DNA of 64,000 bases, taken from assembly GCA_964016885.1 (NCBI GenBank), contig OZ024741.1:241428001-241492000 (forward strand). The letters are read 5' to 3'. The notes beneath the pieces were generated by a model that was given only the letters and a program-made list of their open reading frames with translations, searched no databases and was not told the DNA's origin. Made by a program: the position numbers and the translations under genes. The DNA is from Eledone cirrhosa. Its lineage: Eukaryota. This document shows, piece by piece, positions 1 through 12,600 of the stretch (positions are counted from its first letter, which is position 1; the number at the start of each line of letters is the position of its first letter).

Positions 1-3000
1 TGGTGGTGATGATGGTGATGATGTTGGTGGAACTAGTGTTAGTGTTGTTGGTGATGTTGATGGTAGTGGTGGTGGTGTTGGTGATGTTGATGGTAGTGGT
101 GGTGGTGTTGGTGATGATGATGGTGGACTAGTGTTAGTGTTGTTGGTGATGGTGATGGTAGTGGTGGTGGTGTTGGTGTTGGTGATGGTGATGGTAGTGG
201 TGGTGAGGTTGGTGTTGGTGATGGTGATGGTAGTGGTGGTGCGGTTGGTGTTGGTGATGGTGATGGTAGTGGTGGTGAGGTTGGTGTTGGTGATGGTGAT
301 GGTAGTGGTGGTGAGGTTGGTGTTGGTGATGGTGATGGTAGTGGTGGTGATGTTGGTGTTGGTGATGGTCATGGTAGTGGTGGTGAGGTTGGTGTTGGTG
401 ATGGTGATGGTAGTGGTGGTGGTGTTGGTGATGGTGATGGTGGAACTAGTGTTAGTGGAGTTGGTGATGGTGATGGTAGTGGTGGTGATGTTGGTGATGA
501 TGTTGGTAGAACTAGTGTTAGTGGTGTTGGTGATGGTGATGGTAGTGGTGGTGATGTTGGTGGTGGTGACGGTAGTGGTGGTGGTGTTGGTGATGATGGT
601 GATGGTAGTGGTGGTGATGTTGGTGGTGGTGATGGTAGTGGTGGTGATGTTGGTGATGATGGTGATGGTAGTGGTGGTGATGTTGGTGGTGGTGATGGTA
701 GTGGTGGTGATGGTGATGGTAGTGGTGGTGGTGTTGGTGATGATGTTGGTGGAACTAGTGTTAGTGGTGTTGGTGATGGTGATGGTAGTGGTGGTGATGT
801 TGGTGTTGGTGATGGTGATGGTAGTGGTGGTGAGGTTGGTGTTGGTGATAGTGATGGTAGTGGTGGTGAGGTTGGTGTTGGTGATGGTGATGGTAGTGGT
901 GGTGAGGTTGGTGTTGGTGATGGTGATGGTAGTGGTGGTGATGTTGGTGTTGGTGATGGTGATGGTAGTGTTGGTGGTGATGGTGATGGTAGTGGTGGTG
1001 AGGTTGGTGTTGGTGATGGTGATGGTAGTGGTGGTGAGGTTGGTGTTGGTGATGGTGATGGTAGTGGTGGTGGTGTTGGTGGTGATGGTGATAGTAGTGG
1101 TGGTGGTGTTGGTGGTGATGGTGATGGTAGTGGTGGTTGGTGATGATGTTGGTGGAACTAGTGTTAGTGTTGTTGGTGATGGTGATGGTAGTGGTGGTGG
1201 TGTTGGTGATGGTAGTGGTGGTGGTATTGGTGATGTTGATGGTAGTGGTGGTGGTGTTGGTGATGTTGATGGTAGTGGTGGTGGTGTTGGTGATGATGAT
1301 GATGGAACTAGTGTTAGTGTTGTTGGTGATGGTGATGGTAGTGGTGGTGGTGTTGGTGTTGGTGATGGTGATGGTAGTGGTGGTGAGGTTGGTGTTGGTG
1401 ATGGTGATGGTAGTGGTGGTGAGGTTGGTGTTGGTGATGGTGATGGTAGTGGTGGTGAGGTTGGTGTTGGTGATAGTGATGGTAGTGGTGGTGAGGTTGG
1501 TGTTGGTGATGGTGATGGTAGTGGTGGTGATGTTGGTGTTGGTGATGGTGATGGTAGTGGTGGTGATGTTGGTGATGATGTTGGTAGAACTAATGTTAGT
1601 GGTGTTGGTGATGGTGATGGTAGTGGTGGTGATGTTGGTGGTGGTGATGGTAGTGGTGGTGGTGTTGGTGATGATGGTGATGGTAGTGGTGGTGATGTTG
1701 GTGGTGGTGATGGTAGTGGTGGTGATGTTGGTGATGATGGTGATGGTAGTGGTGGTGATGTTGGTGGTGATGGTGATGGTAGTGGTGGTGGTGTTGGTGG
1801 TGATGGTGATGGTAGTGGTGGTGGTGTTGGTGATGATGTTGGTGGAACTAGTGTTAGTGGTGTTGGTGATGGTGATGGTAGTGGTGGTGATGTTGGTGGT
1901 GGTGATGGTAGTGGTGGTGATGGTGATGGTAGTGGTGGTGATGTTGGTGATGATGTTGGTGGAACTAGTGTTAGTGGTGTTGGTGATGGTGATGGTAGTG
2001 TTGGTGATGTTGGTGGTGGTGATGGTAGTGGTGGTGATGGTGATGGTAGTGGTGGTGGTGTTGGTGATGATGTTGGTGGAACTAGTGTTAGTGGTGTTGG
2101 TGATGGTGATGGTAGTGGTGGTGATGTTGGTGGTGGTGATGGTAGTGGTGGTGATGGTGATGGTAGTGGTGGTGGTGTTGGTGATGATGTTGGTGGAACT
2201 AGTGTTAGTGGTGTTGGTGATGGTGATGGTAGTGGTGGTGATGTTGGTGGTGGTGATGGTAGTGGTGGTGATGGTGATGGTAGTGGTGGTGGTGTTGGTG
2301 ATGATGTTGGTGGAACTAGTGTTAGTGGTGTTGGTGATGGTGATGGTAGTGGTGGTAATGTTGGTGGTGGTGATAGTAGTGGTGGTGGTGTTGGTGATGA
2401 TGGTGATGGTAGTGGTGGTGATGTTGGTGGTGGTGATGGTAGTGGTGGTGGTGTTGGTGATGATGGTGATGGTAGTGGTGGTGATGTTGGTGGTGGTGAT
2501 GGTTGTGGTGGTGATGGTGATGGTAGTGGTGGTGGTGTTGGTGATGATGTTGGTGGAACTAGTGTTAGTGGTGTTGGTGATGGTGATGGTAGTGGTGGTG
2601 ATGTTGGTGTTGGTGATGGTGATGGTAGTGGTGGTGAGGTTGGTGTTGGTGATGGTGATGGTAGTGTTGGTGATGTTGGTGTTGGTGATGGTGATGGTAG
2701 TGGTGGTGGTGTTGGTGGTGATGGTGATGGTAGTGGTGGTGGTGTTGGTGGTGATGGTAGTGGTGGTGAGGTTGGTGTTGGTGATGGTGATGGTAGTGGT
2801 GGTGAGGTTGGTGTTGGTGATGGTGATGGTAGTGGTGGTGGTGTTGGTGGTGATGGTGATGGTAGTGGTGGTGGTGTTGGTGGTGATGGTGATGGTAGTG
2901 GTGGTGATGTTGGTGATGATGTTGGTGGAACTAGTGTTAGTGTTGTTGGTGATGGTGATGGTAGTGGTGGTGGTGTTGGTGATGGTAGTGGTGGTGGTAT

Positions 3001-6000
3001 TGGTGATGTTGATGGTAGTGGTGGTGGTGTTGGTGATGTTGATGGTAGTGGTGGTGGTGTTGGTGATGATGATGATGGAACTAGTGTTAGTGTTGTTGGT
3101 GATGGTGATGGTAGTGGTGGTGGTGTTGGTGTTGGTTATGGTGATGGTAGTGTTGGTGAGGTTGGTGTTGGTGATGGTGATGGTGGAACTAGTGTTAGTG
3201 TTGTTGGTGATGGTGATGGTAGTGGTGGTGGTGTTGGTGATGATGTTAGTGGAACTAGTGTTAGTGTTGTTGGTGATGGTGATGGTAGTGGTGGTGATGT
3301 TGGTGTTGGTGATGGTGATGTTAGTGGTGGTGAGGTTGGTGTTGGTGATGGTGATGATAGTGGTGATGATGTTGGTGATGATGTTGGTGGAACTAGTGTT
3401 AGTGTTGTTGGTGATGGTGATGGTAGTGGTGGTGGTGTTGGTGATGGTGATGGTAGTGGTGGTGGTGTTGGTGATGGTAGTGGTGGTGGTGTTGGTGATC
3501 GTGATGGTAGTGGTGGTGGTGTTGGTGATGATGATGGTGGAACTAGTGTTATTGTTGTTGGTGATGGTGATGGTAGTGGTGGTGATGTTGGTGTTTGTGA
3601 TGGTGATGGTAGTGGTGGTGAGGTTGGTGTTGGTGATGGTGATGGTAGTGGTGGTGGTGTTGGTGATGGTGCTGGTGGAACTAGTGTTAGTGTTGTTGGT
3701 GATGGTGATGGTAGTGGTGGTGGTGTTGGTGTTGGTGATGGTGATGGTAGTGGTGGTGATGTTGGTGATGGTGATGGTAGTGGTGGTGAGGTTGGTGTTG
3801 GTGATGGTGATGCTAATGGTGGTGAGGTTGGTGTTGGCGATGGTGATGGTAGTGGTGGTGATGTTGGTGATGATGTTGGTGGTAGTGGTGGTGATGCTGG
3901 TGGTGATGGTGATGGTAGTGGTGGTGATGTTGGTGGTGGTGATGGTAGTGGTGGTGGTGTTGGTGATGATTATGGTGGAACTAGTGTTAGTGTTGTTGGT
4001 GATGGTGATGGTAGTGGTGGTGGTGTTGGTGATGGTGATGGTGGAACTAGTGTTATTGTTGTTGGTGATGGTGATGGTAGTGGCGGTGGTGTTGGTGATG
4101 GTGATTGTGGAACTAGTGTTATTGTTGTTGGTGATGGTGATGGTAGTGGTGGTGATGTTGGTGGTGGTGATGGTAGTGGTGGTGGTGTTGGTGATGATGT
4201 TGGTGGAACTAGTGTTAATGTTGTTGGTGATGGTGATGGTAGTGGTGTTGGTGTTGGTGATGGTGATGGTGGAACTAGTGTTAGTGTTGTTGGTGATGGT
4301 GATGGTAGTGGTGGTGGTGTTGTTGGTGGAACTAGTGTTAGTGGTGATGGTGATGGTGATGGTAGTGGTGGTGGTGTTGGTGGTGATAGTGATGGTAGTG
4401 GTGGTGATGTTGGTGATGGTGATGGTAGTGGTGTTGGTGATGATGTTTGTGGAACTAGTGTTAGTGTTGTTGGTGATGGTGATGGTGGTGGTGGTGATGT
4501 TGGTGATGATGATGGTGGAACTAGTGTTATTGTTGTTGGTGATGGTAGTGGTGGTGGTGTTGGTGATGATGATGGTGGAACTAGTGTTAGTGTTGTTGGT
4601 GATGGTGATGGTAGTGGTGGTGGTGTTGGTGATGATGATGGTGGAACTAGTGTTATTGTTGTTGGTGATGGTGATGGTAGTGGTGGTGGTGTTGGTGATG
4701 ATGTTGGTGGAACTAGTGTTAGTGTTGTTGGTGATGGTGATGGTAGTGGTGGTGGTGTTGTTGGTGGAACTAGTGTTAGTGGTGATGGTGATGGTGATGG
4801 TAGTCGTGGTGGTGTTGGTGGTGATGGTGATGGTAGTGGTGGTGATGTTGGTGATGATGTTGGTGGAACTAGTGTTAGTGGTGATGGTGATGGTGATGGT
4901 GTTGGTGGGAACTAGTGTTAGTGGTGTTGGTGGTGGTGATGGTAGTGGTGGTGGTGTTGTTGGTGGATCTAGTGTTAGTGGTGATGGTGATAGTGATGGT
5001 AGTGGTGGTGGTGTTGGTGGTGATGATGATGGTAGTGCTGGTGATTTTGGTGATGATGTTGGTGGAACTAGTGTTAGTGGTGATGGTGATGGTGATGGTA
5101 GTGGTGGTGATGTTGGTGGTGGTGATGGTAGTGGTGGTGATGGTGATGGTAGTGGTGGTGGTGTTGGTGATGATGTTAGTGGAACTAGTGTTAGTGTTGT
5201 TGGCGATGGTGATGGTAGTGGTGGTGATGTTGGTGTTGGTGATGGTGATGGTAGTGGTGGTGAGGTTGGTGTTGGTGATGGTGATGGTAGTGGTGGTGGT
5301 GTTGGTGATGGTGCTGGTGGAACTAGTGTTAGTGTTGTTGGTGATGGTGATGGTAGTGGTGGTGATGTTGGTGATGGTGATGGTAGTGGTGGTGAGGTTG
5401 GTGTTGGTGATGGTGATGCTAATGGTGGTGAGGTTGGTGTTGGTGATGGTGATGGTAGTGGTGGTGATGTTGGTGATGATGTTGGTGGTAGTGGTGGTGA
5501 TGCTGGTGGTGATGGTGATGGTAGTGGTGGTGATGTTGGTGGTGGTGATGGTAGTGGTGGTGGTGTTGGTGATGATTATGGTGGAACTAGTGTTAGTGTT
5601 GTTGGTGATGGTGATGGTAGTGGTGGTGGTGTTGGTGATGGTGATGGTGGAACTAGTGTTATTGTTGTTGGTGATGGTGACGGTAGTGGCGGTGGTGTTG
5701 GTGATGGTGATGGTGGAACTAGTGTTATTGTTGTTGGTGATGGTGATGGTAGTGGTGGTGATGTTGGTGGTGGTGATGGTAGTGGTGGTGGTGTTGGTGA
5801 TGATGTTGGTGGAACTAGTGTTAATGTTGTTGGTGATGGTGATGGTAGTGGTGTTGGTGTTGGTGATGGTGATGGTGGAACTAGTGTTAGTGTTGTTGGT
5901 GATGGTGATGGTAGTGGTGGTGGTGTTGTTGGTGGAACTAGTGTTAGTGGTGATGGTGATGGTGATGGTAGTGGTGGTGTTGTTGGTGGTGATAGTGATG

Positions 6001-7157
6001 GTAGTGGTGGTGATGTTGGTGATGGTGATGGTAGTGGTGTTGGTGATGATGTTTGTGGAACTAGTGTTAGTGTTGTTGGTGATGGTGATGGTGGCGGTGG
6101 TGATGTTGGTGATGATGATGGTGGAACTAGTGTTATTGTTGTTGGTGATGGTAGTGGTGGTGGTGTTGGTGATGATGATGGTGGAACTAGTGTTAGTGTT
6201 GTTGGTGATGGTGATGGTAGTGGTGGTGGTGTTGGTGATGATGATGGTGGAACTAGTGTTATTGTTGTTGGTGATGGTGATGGTAGTGGTGGTGGTGTTG
6301 GTGATGATGTTGGTGGAACTAGTGTTAGTGTTGTTGGTGATGGTGATGGTAGTGGTGGTGGTGTTGTTGGTGGAACTAGTGTTAGTGGTGATGGTGATGG
6401 TGATGGTAGTCGTGGTGGTGTTGGTGGTGATGGTGATGGTAGTGGTGGTGATGTTGGTGATGATGTTGGTGGAACTAGTGTTAGTGGTGATGGTGATGGT
6501 GATGGTGTTGGTGGGAACTAGTGTTAGTGGTGTTGGTGTTGTTGATGGTAGTGGTGGTGGTGTTGTTGGTGGATCTAGTGTTAGTGGTGATGGTGATAGT
6601 GATGGTAGTGGTGGTGGTGTTGGTGGTGATGGTGATGGTAGTGCTGGTGATTTTGGTGATGATGTTGGTGGAACTAGTGTTAGTGGTGATGGTGATGGTG
6701 ATGGTAGTGGTGGTGATGTTGGTGATGATGTTGGTAGAACTAGTGTTAGTGGTGTTGGTGATGGTGATGGTAGTGGTGGTGATGTTGGTGATGATGTTGG
6801 TAGAACTAGTGTTAGTGGTGTTGGTGATGGTGATGGTAGTGGTGGTGATGTTGGTGATGATGTTAGTGGAACTAGTGTTAGTGTTGTTGGCGATGGTGAT
6901 GGTAGTGGTGGTGATGTTGGTGATGGTGGTGGTGATTGTAGTGGTGGTGGTGTTGGTGGTGATGGTGATGGTAGTGGTGGTGATGTTGGTGGTGGTGATG
7001 GTAGTGGTGGTGGTGTCGGTGGTGATGTTGGTGGAACTAGTGTTAGTGTTATTGTTGTTGGTGATGTTGATGGTAGTGGTGGTGATGTTGGTGATGATGT
7101 TGGTGGAACTAGTGTTAGTGTTGTTGGTGATGGTGATGGTAGTGGTGGTGGTAGTGG
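1..7157. repeat. GGT/GAT/GTT triplet-derived satellite (cryptically simple tandem array), open at the window start
   Basis: Continuous mosaic of GGTGATGGTGATGGTAGTGGTGGT, GTTGGT and GGAACTAGTGTTAGT modules. A local 117-bp period is visible (ACTAGT at 1847, 1964, 2081, 2198, 2315). Triplet phase breaks at about 127, 1137, 4907 and 6513. Confidence 0.95.
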
Positions 7158-7410
7158 TTTTTCTTGTTGATGTTCTTGGTGGTTTTGTTGTTCTTGTTAT
7201 TTTTGTAGATGGTGATGGTGGTAGTGTTGTTGCTGGTGTGGGTATGGTTTTGTTGTTATTTTTGGCAGCAGTGGTGGTGGTGTTCATATTAGTATTTGTG
7301 TTGTTGTAGTTGTTGCAGTAGTAATAATAGTAGCAGTAGTTGTTATTGTTGTAATAGTAGTTGTTGTTATTATTATAATAATAGTAGTAGTAGTAGGAGT
7401 AGTAGTCATA
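7158..7410. repeat. Degenerate low-complexity (GTT/GTA/GGT)n flank of the first array
   Basis: Imperfect GTT, GTA, AAT and GGT triplet runs. Includes GATGGTGATGGTGGTAGTGTTGT, which resembles the array module. Confidence 0.8.
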
Positions 7411-7564
7411 TTGATGACACTCAGGGACCTTTCTATTTTTCCTAAGAGTATGGATCTTCACTTGAACAGTTCTCACAGGCAGAGGAAAGTTTTTTTCTTT
7501 TGAGTGTGTGGAAGACAAACAGTTGCCCATGCAGACAAGTTTCACCTCTTCACACCATAAATAT

Positions 7565-7710
7565 TTGTTTCTACTTTTGGCACAAGGCCAGCAATTATCC
7601 CAGTGCATAACTGGTACTTTATTTTATTGACCCCGTAAGGATGAAAGGCAAAGTTAACCTAGGCAGGATTTGAACGCAGATCATAAAGGGCCGTAACTCT
7701 ATGCTGCAAT
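7565..7710 (-). mobile_element. tRNA-derived SINE fragment with a Meta-domain-like core
   Basis: The minus strand has a Pol III B box GTTCAAATCC (7666-7675) followed by AACTTTGCCTTTCATCCTTACGGGGTCAATAAAATAAAGTACCAG. This matches my recollection of the MetaSINE central domain. A diverged second copy lies at about 9060-9135. Confidence 0.75.
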
Positions 7711-7930
7711 CTATAAATATTGTCCATGAGAGAGAATAAAAAAGCCACCCGCTAGCAAGCAGCTTGTCTGATGCTTGCCCTCTCTCTCTCATCTTACTTT
7801 TCTTATTGTCTCCTCAGCTGAGCCAAGAACACAATGAGCACACTAATGTCATAATGATGTATCACTGGTGATATAGCAAAACATATCCAGTCCACCATTT
7901 TAAATAGTAGATATGAAGAATATATATATT

Positions 7931-8290
7931 TTTTACTCTTCTAGTTATTTCAGTTATTGGACAGCAGCCATGCTTTGGTTTTAATCAACCATATTGCAGA
8001 CCTGTCAACTCTCCCCATCCGACAGGGTGATCTATCGAGTTCGGGGTGGGTGAGAGATGTCTTCTCTTGTGAAAATGGGTATAGCTTTCATTATATAAAA
8101 TCTCTCTATTTTACCTCATTTCTCCACATTTGGTGGCCATTTTTTTTAATGGTACCCACCGTTTGGATTTTTAGAGGTTGGCAGGTCTGGTATTGACATT
8201 GGTATTTAACTTTTTCAAGTCAGGTACTTATTTATCAATGCTGGTTTTGTCAAACAGCTAAGTTACAGGACATAAATACAGACACAAATG
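7931..8290 (-). mobile_element. Diverged SINE 3' portion, interrupted by a MITE at 7997-8189
   Basis: TTTCAGTTATTGGACAGCAGCCATGCT ... GGTACTTATTTATCAATGCTGGTTTTGTCAAACAGCTAAGTTACAGGACATAAA resembles Octopus-type SINE sequence from memory. The two halves flank the TIR element. Confidence 0.5.
7997..8189. mobile_element. 193-bp MITE (hAT-like termini)
   Basis: 13-bp terminal inverted repeats CAGACCTGTCAAC (7997-8009) and GTTGGCAGGTCTG (8177-8189) with one mismatch. Flanks ATATTG and GTATTG form an imperfect 6-bp duplication. No credible coding capacity. Confidence 0.75.
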
Positions 8291-8354
8291 TAGACAGAGA
8301 TAATGGACACTCACCCCCTCACAGACATACTCACACACACATCCACACATGTTT

Positions 8355-8947
8355 ATGTCCACCCTGTAAAGTTGGTGACATGACAAAGAAGCAACCTGTC
8401 GACACTATAAGGCAGTCCTGTTGGTACCACAACAAAAAAAAACCCAGTCCATCTGGTAAGGTGATCTTCTAAGACAAAGTACCCCATCCACCCTTTAAGG
8501 TGGTCATGTTGGTGCCTTAACCCTTTAATGTTCAAACCGGCCAAAACTGGCCAGAATTCTCTACCTCTTTCTGTTGAAACTTGCTGTAACTGGTCGCTCA
8601 AACTGATATTAAGGTATTGTTCTCAAAATAAATACTTTCAAAATCTCATAGATTTGATATTATGTGAGATAATTATGTGAGATAAAGCACTTTCCATGAA
8701 CATATAATAGTATATATAGAGTAATGTGGATGCTAAAGGGTTAACAAAAGCTCCCAGTACACATTATAAAGTAGTTGGCATTATGGAGTGCATCCATCCA
8801 TGGAAAGCCAAGCCAAATGTGGAACGTATGAGCAACAGTTGGTCACATGACCAATCTAGCCTTAGAATGTAACAACCTGTCTAATTCATGTAAACATGGA
8901 GATGTTAAATGAGATGATGATGGTGATGATGATGATGATGATGATGA
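8355..8947 (+). mobile_element. Diverged SINE 3' region ending in a (GAT)n tail, interrupted by a piggyBac-type MITE
   Basis: AAAGCTCCCAGTACACATTATAAAGTAGTTGGCATTATGGAGTGCATCC and AACATGGAGATGTTAAATGA(GAT)n resemble cephalopod SINE tails from memory. The microsatellite tail is at 8913-8947. Confidence 0.5.
8521..8740. mobile_element. 220-bp piggyBac-type MITE
   Basis: TTAA on both sides (8517-8520 and 8741-8744). Termini CCCTTTAATGTTCA and TGGATGCTAAAGGG are imperfect inverted repeats starting CCCTTTA. A TTAA target duplication with CCC...GGG ends is the piggyBac signature. Confidence 0.8.
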
Positions 8948-9059
8948 ATACAGATTGGTCCCACTGATATCACAGGTTAACTCAGAATACAAAGGGTCAT
9001 AAGTGATATGACAGGCTACCATTTCTGATACTCTAACAATTATATCTAGTCACCAGCTA

Positions 9060-9135
9060 GGACTGGAACTTTATTTACCTCCCTCAAAGGATGAAGGGCA
9101 AAATTGATGGAGCAAAAGTGGGATTTTAATTCAAG
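9060..9135 (-). mobile_element. Second, more diverged Meta-domain SINE fragment
   Basis: ACTGGAACTTTATTTACCTCCCTCAAAGGATGAAGGGCAAAATTGA...GGATTTTAATTCA aligns by eye with 7610-7678. Confidence 0.6.
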
Positions 9136-9499
9136 CTGAGAGCCAGAAGTAGTGTTGCAAAGACAGCACTATTCCAACACAAACATACTGGAACAATTTC
9201 GTAATATTTTTTTTATTATTAAGACTAATTTTCTTATTATTAAGGTGGTGTTCGGAACATAACTTAACAAAAGTTCTTACATGAAATGCTGATGGAAGGT
9301 TTTTAGATATATATAAACAATTTAGCCCTTTTATGACCAAATTTCTAATGAATGACACTGCCTATAAATTTTTAAATAATTCTAAATAAACCAAGAATTT
9401 GTATGAAATAGCAATGACATTTCTTAAAAAAATGAAGAATGACTTGGAGGATGTAGTTTTAGAAACAATAGCTGTTGTTGTTCATCCCAGCTTGAAGTA

Positions 9500-9650
9500 A
9501 TGTATATTTCAAATGCATTCCAGCCATGGCCATCTAAGTCTACAATGTCTAATGTGTCCTTCCCGTTTACAAGACAGTAGGGTGTAATTTGAGGGAGATT
9601 GGCTTCTTTTTCTAACAAGTGAGTGGCAACATATCGGCTCTTCTGTTGAC
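9500..9650. repeat. Probable interspersed repeat fragment bordering the 76-bp satellite
   Basis: GCATTCCAGCCATGGCCATC...AATGTGTCCTTCC...AAGACAGTAGGGTGTAATTTGAGGGAGATTGGCTTCTTTTTCTAACAAGT resembles a common Octopus repeat from memory only. Confidence 0.35.
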
Positions 9651-9659
9651 TGGACTAAT

Positions 9660-12600
9660 TTGTTATTGTTGTTGTTATTGTTGTGTTGTTACTGTTGTTA
9701 CTGCTATTACTGCTGTTGTTGTGCTGTTACTGCTGTTGTTGTGCTGTTACTGTTATTGCTGTTACTGTTGTTGTTAGTGTTGTGTTGTTACTGTTGTTGC
9801 GTTGTTACTGTTGTTACTGCTGTTACTGTTATTGCTAAAATTGTTGTTAGTGTTGTGTTGTTACAGTTGTTACTGCTGTTACTGTCGTTGTTGTGCTGTT
9901 ACTGCTGTTGTTGTGCTGTTACTGTTATTGCTAAAATTGTTGTTAGTGTTGTGTTGTTACTGTTGTTACTGCTGTTACTGCCGTTGTTGTGCTGTTACTG
10001 CTGTTGTTGTGCTGTTACTGTTATTGCTAAAATTGTTGTTAGTGTTGTGGTGTTACTGTTGTTACTGCTGTTACTGTTGTTGTTGTGCTGTGACTGTTGT
10101 TGCTAAAATTGGTGTTAGTGTTAAGTTGTTACTATTGTTATTGCTGTTACTGTCATTGCTAAAATTGTTGTTAGTGTTGTTTTGTTACTGTTGTTACTGC
10201 TGTTACTGCCGTTGTTGTGCTGTTACTGTTATTGCTAAAATTGTTGTTAGTGTTGTGTTGTTACTGTTGTTGTGTTGTTACTGTTGTTACTGCTGATACT
10301 GTCGTTGCTAAAATTGTTGTTAGTGTTGTGTTGTTACTGTTGTTACTGCTGTTACTCTCGTTGTTGTGCAGTTACTGTCGTTGCTAAAATTGTTGTTAGT
10401 GTTGTGTTGTTACTGTTGTTACTGTTGTTACTGTCGTTGTTGTGCAGTTACTGTTATTGCTAAAATTGTTGTTAGTGTTGTGTTGTTACTGTTATTGTGT
10501 TGTTACTGTTCTTACTGATGTTACTCTCGTTGTTGTGCTGTTACTGTCGTTGCTAAAATTCTTGTTAGTGTTGTGATGTTACTGTTGTTACTGTCGTTGT
10601 TGTGCTGTTACTGTTATTGCTAAAATTGTTGTGTTGTTACTGTTGTTACTGCTGTGACTGTTGATGTTGTGCTGTTGCTGTCGTTGGTAAAATTGTTGTT
10701 AGTGTTGTGTTGTTACTGTTGATAATGCTGTTACTGTCAGTGTTGTGCTGTTACTGTTATTGCTAAAATTCTTGTTAGTGTTGTGTTGTTACTGTTGTTG
10801 TGTTGTTACTGTTGTTACTGCTGTTACTGTCGTTGTTGTGCTGTTACTGTTATTGCTAAAATTGTTGTTAGTGTTGTGTTGTTACAGTTGTTACTGCTGT
10901 TACTGTCGTGTTGTGCTGTTACTGTCGTTGCTAAAATTGTTGTCAGTGTTGTGTTGTTACTGCTGTTACTGGTGTTGTTGTGCTGTTACTGTCGTTGCTA
11001 AAATTGTTGTTACTGTTGTGTTGTTACTGTTGTTACTGTTGTTACTGTCGGTGTAGTGCTGTTACAGTCGTTGCTAAAATTGTTGTTAGTGTTGTGTTGT
11101 TACTGTTGTTACTGCTGTTACTGTCGTTGTTGTGCTGTTACTGTCGTTGCTAAAATTGTTGTCAGTGTTGTGTTGTTACTGTTGTTACTGCTGTTACTGT
11201 TGTTGTTGTGCTGTTAATGTCGTTGCTAAAATTGTTGTTAGTGTTGTGTTGTTACTGTTGTTACTGCTGTTACTGTCGTGGTTGTGCTGTTGCTGTCGTT
11301 GCTAAAATTGTTTTTAGTGTTGTGTTGTTACTGCTGTTACTGCTGTTACTGTTGTTGTTGAGCTGTTACTGTCGTTGCTAAAATTGTTGTTAGTGTTGTG
11401 TTGTTACTGTTGTTACTGCTGTTACTGTCGTTGTTGTGCTGTTGCTGTCGTTGCTAAAATTGTTTGTAGTGTTGTGTTGTTACTGCTGTTACTGCTGTTA
11501 CTGTTGTTGTTGTGCTGTTACTGTTGTTGCTAAAATTGTTGTTGGTGTTGTGTTGTTACTGCTGTTACTGCTGTTACTGTTGTTGTTGAGCTGTTACTGT
11601 CGTTGCTAAAATTGTTGTTAGTGTTGTGTTGTTACTGCTGTTACTGCTGTTACTGTTGTTGTTGTGCTGTTACTGTCGTTGTTAAATTGTTGTAACTGTT
11701 GTGTTGATACTGTTGTTACTGCTGTTACTGTTGTTGTTGTGCTGTTACTGTCGTTGCTAAAATTGTTGTTAGTGTTGTGTTGTTACTGTTGTTACATCTG
11801 TTACTGTCGTTGTTGTGCTGTTACAGTCGTTGCTAAAATTGTTGTTAGTGTTGTGTTGTTACTGTTGTTACTGCTGTTAATGTCGTTGTTGTGTTGTTAC
11901 TGTCGTTGCTAAAATTGTTGTTAGTGTTGTGTTGTTACTGTTGTTACTGCTGTTACTGGTGTTGTTGTGCTGTTACTGTCGTTGCTAAAATTGTTGTAAC
12001 TGTTGTGTTGATACTGTTGTTACTGCTGTTACTGTCGGTGTTGTGCTGTTACAGTCGTTGCTAAAATTGTTGTTAGTGTTGTGTTGTTACTGTTGTTACT
12101 GCTGTTACTGTCGTTGTTGTGCTGCGACTGTCGTTGCTAAAATTGTTGTTAGTGTTGTGTTGGTACTGTTGTTACTGCTGTTACTGTTGTTGTTGTGCTG
12201 TTACTGTCGTTGCTAAAATTGTTGTAACTGTTGTGTTGATACTGCTGTTACTGTCGTTGTTGTGCTGTTACTGTCGTTGCTAAAGTTGTTGTTAGTGTTG
12301 TGTTGTTACTGTTGTTACTGTTGTTACTGTTGTTACTGATGTTACTGTTGTTGTTGTGCTGTTACTGTCGTTGTTGTGCTGTTACTGTTGTTACAGCTGT
12401 TACTGGTGTTGTTGTGCTGTTACTGTCGTTGTTGTGCTGTTACTGTTGTTACAGCTGTTACTGTCGTTGTTGTGCTGTTACTGTCGTTGTTAAAATTGTT
12501 CTTAGTGTTGTGTTGTTACTGTTGTTACTGCTGTTACTGTCGTTGCTAAAATTTTTGTTAGTGTTATGTTGTTACTCTTGTTACTGCTGTTACTGTCGTT

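Noticed and set aside
131-7309. Plus-strand 1594, 1794, 751 and 262 aa ORFs (poly V/M/L and G/D/V/S)
   Set aside because: These overlapping frames of a GGT/GAT triplet array swap into each other at single-base indels. They are a compositional artefact.
6481-7608. 375-aa minus-strand ORF
   Set aside because: It begins inside a SINE fragment, passes through Tyr/Asn microsatellite and ends at a satellite frameshift. No coherent protein.
7755-7870. GCAAGCA...TGCTTGC inverted repeat and a polypyrimidine-CAG splice-acceptor-like site near 7817
   Set aside because: These short motifs are expected by chance. There is no convincing donor or open exon downstream.
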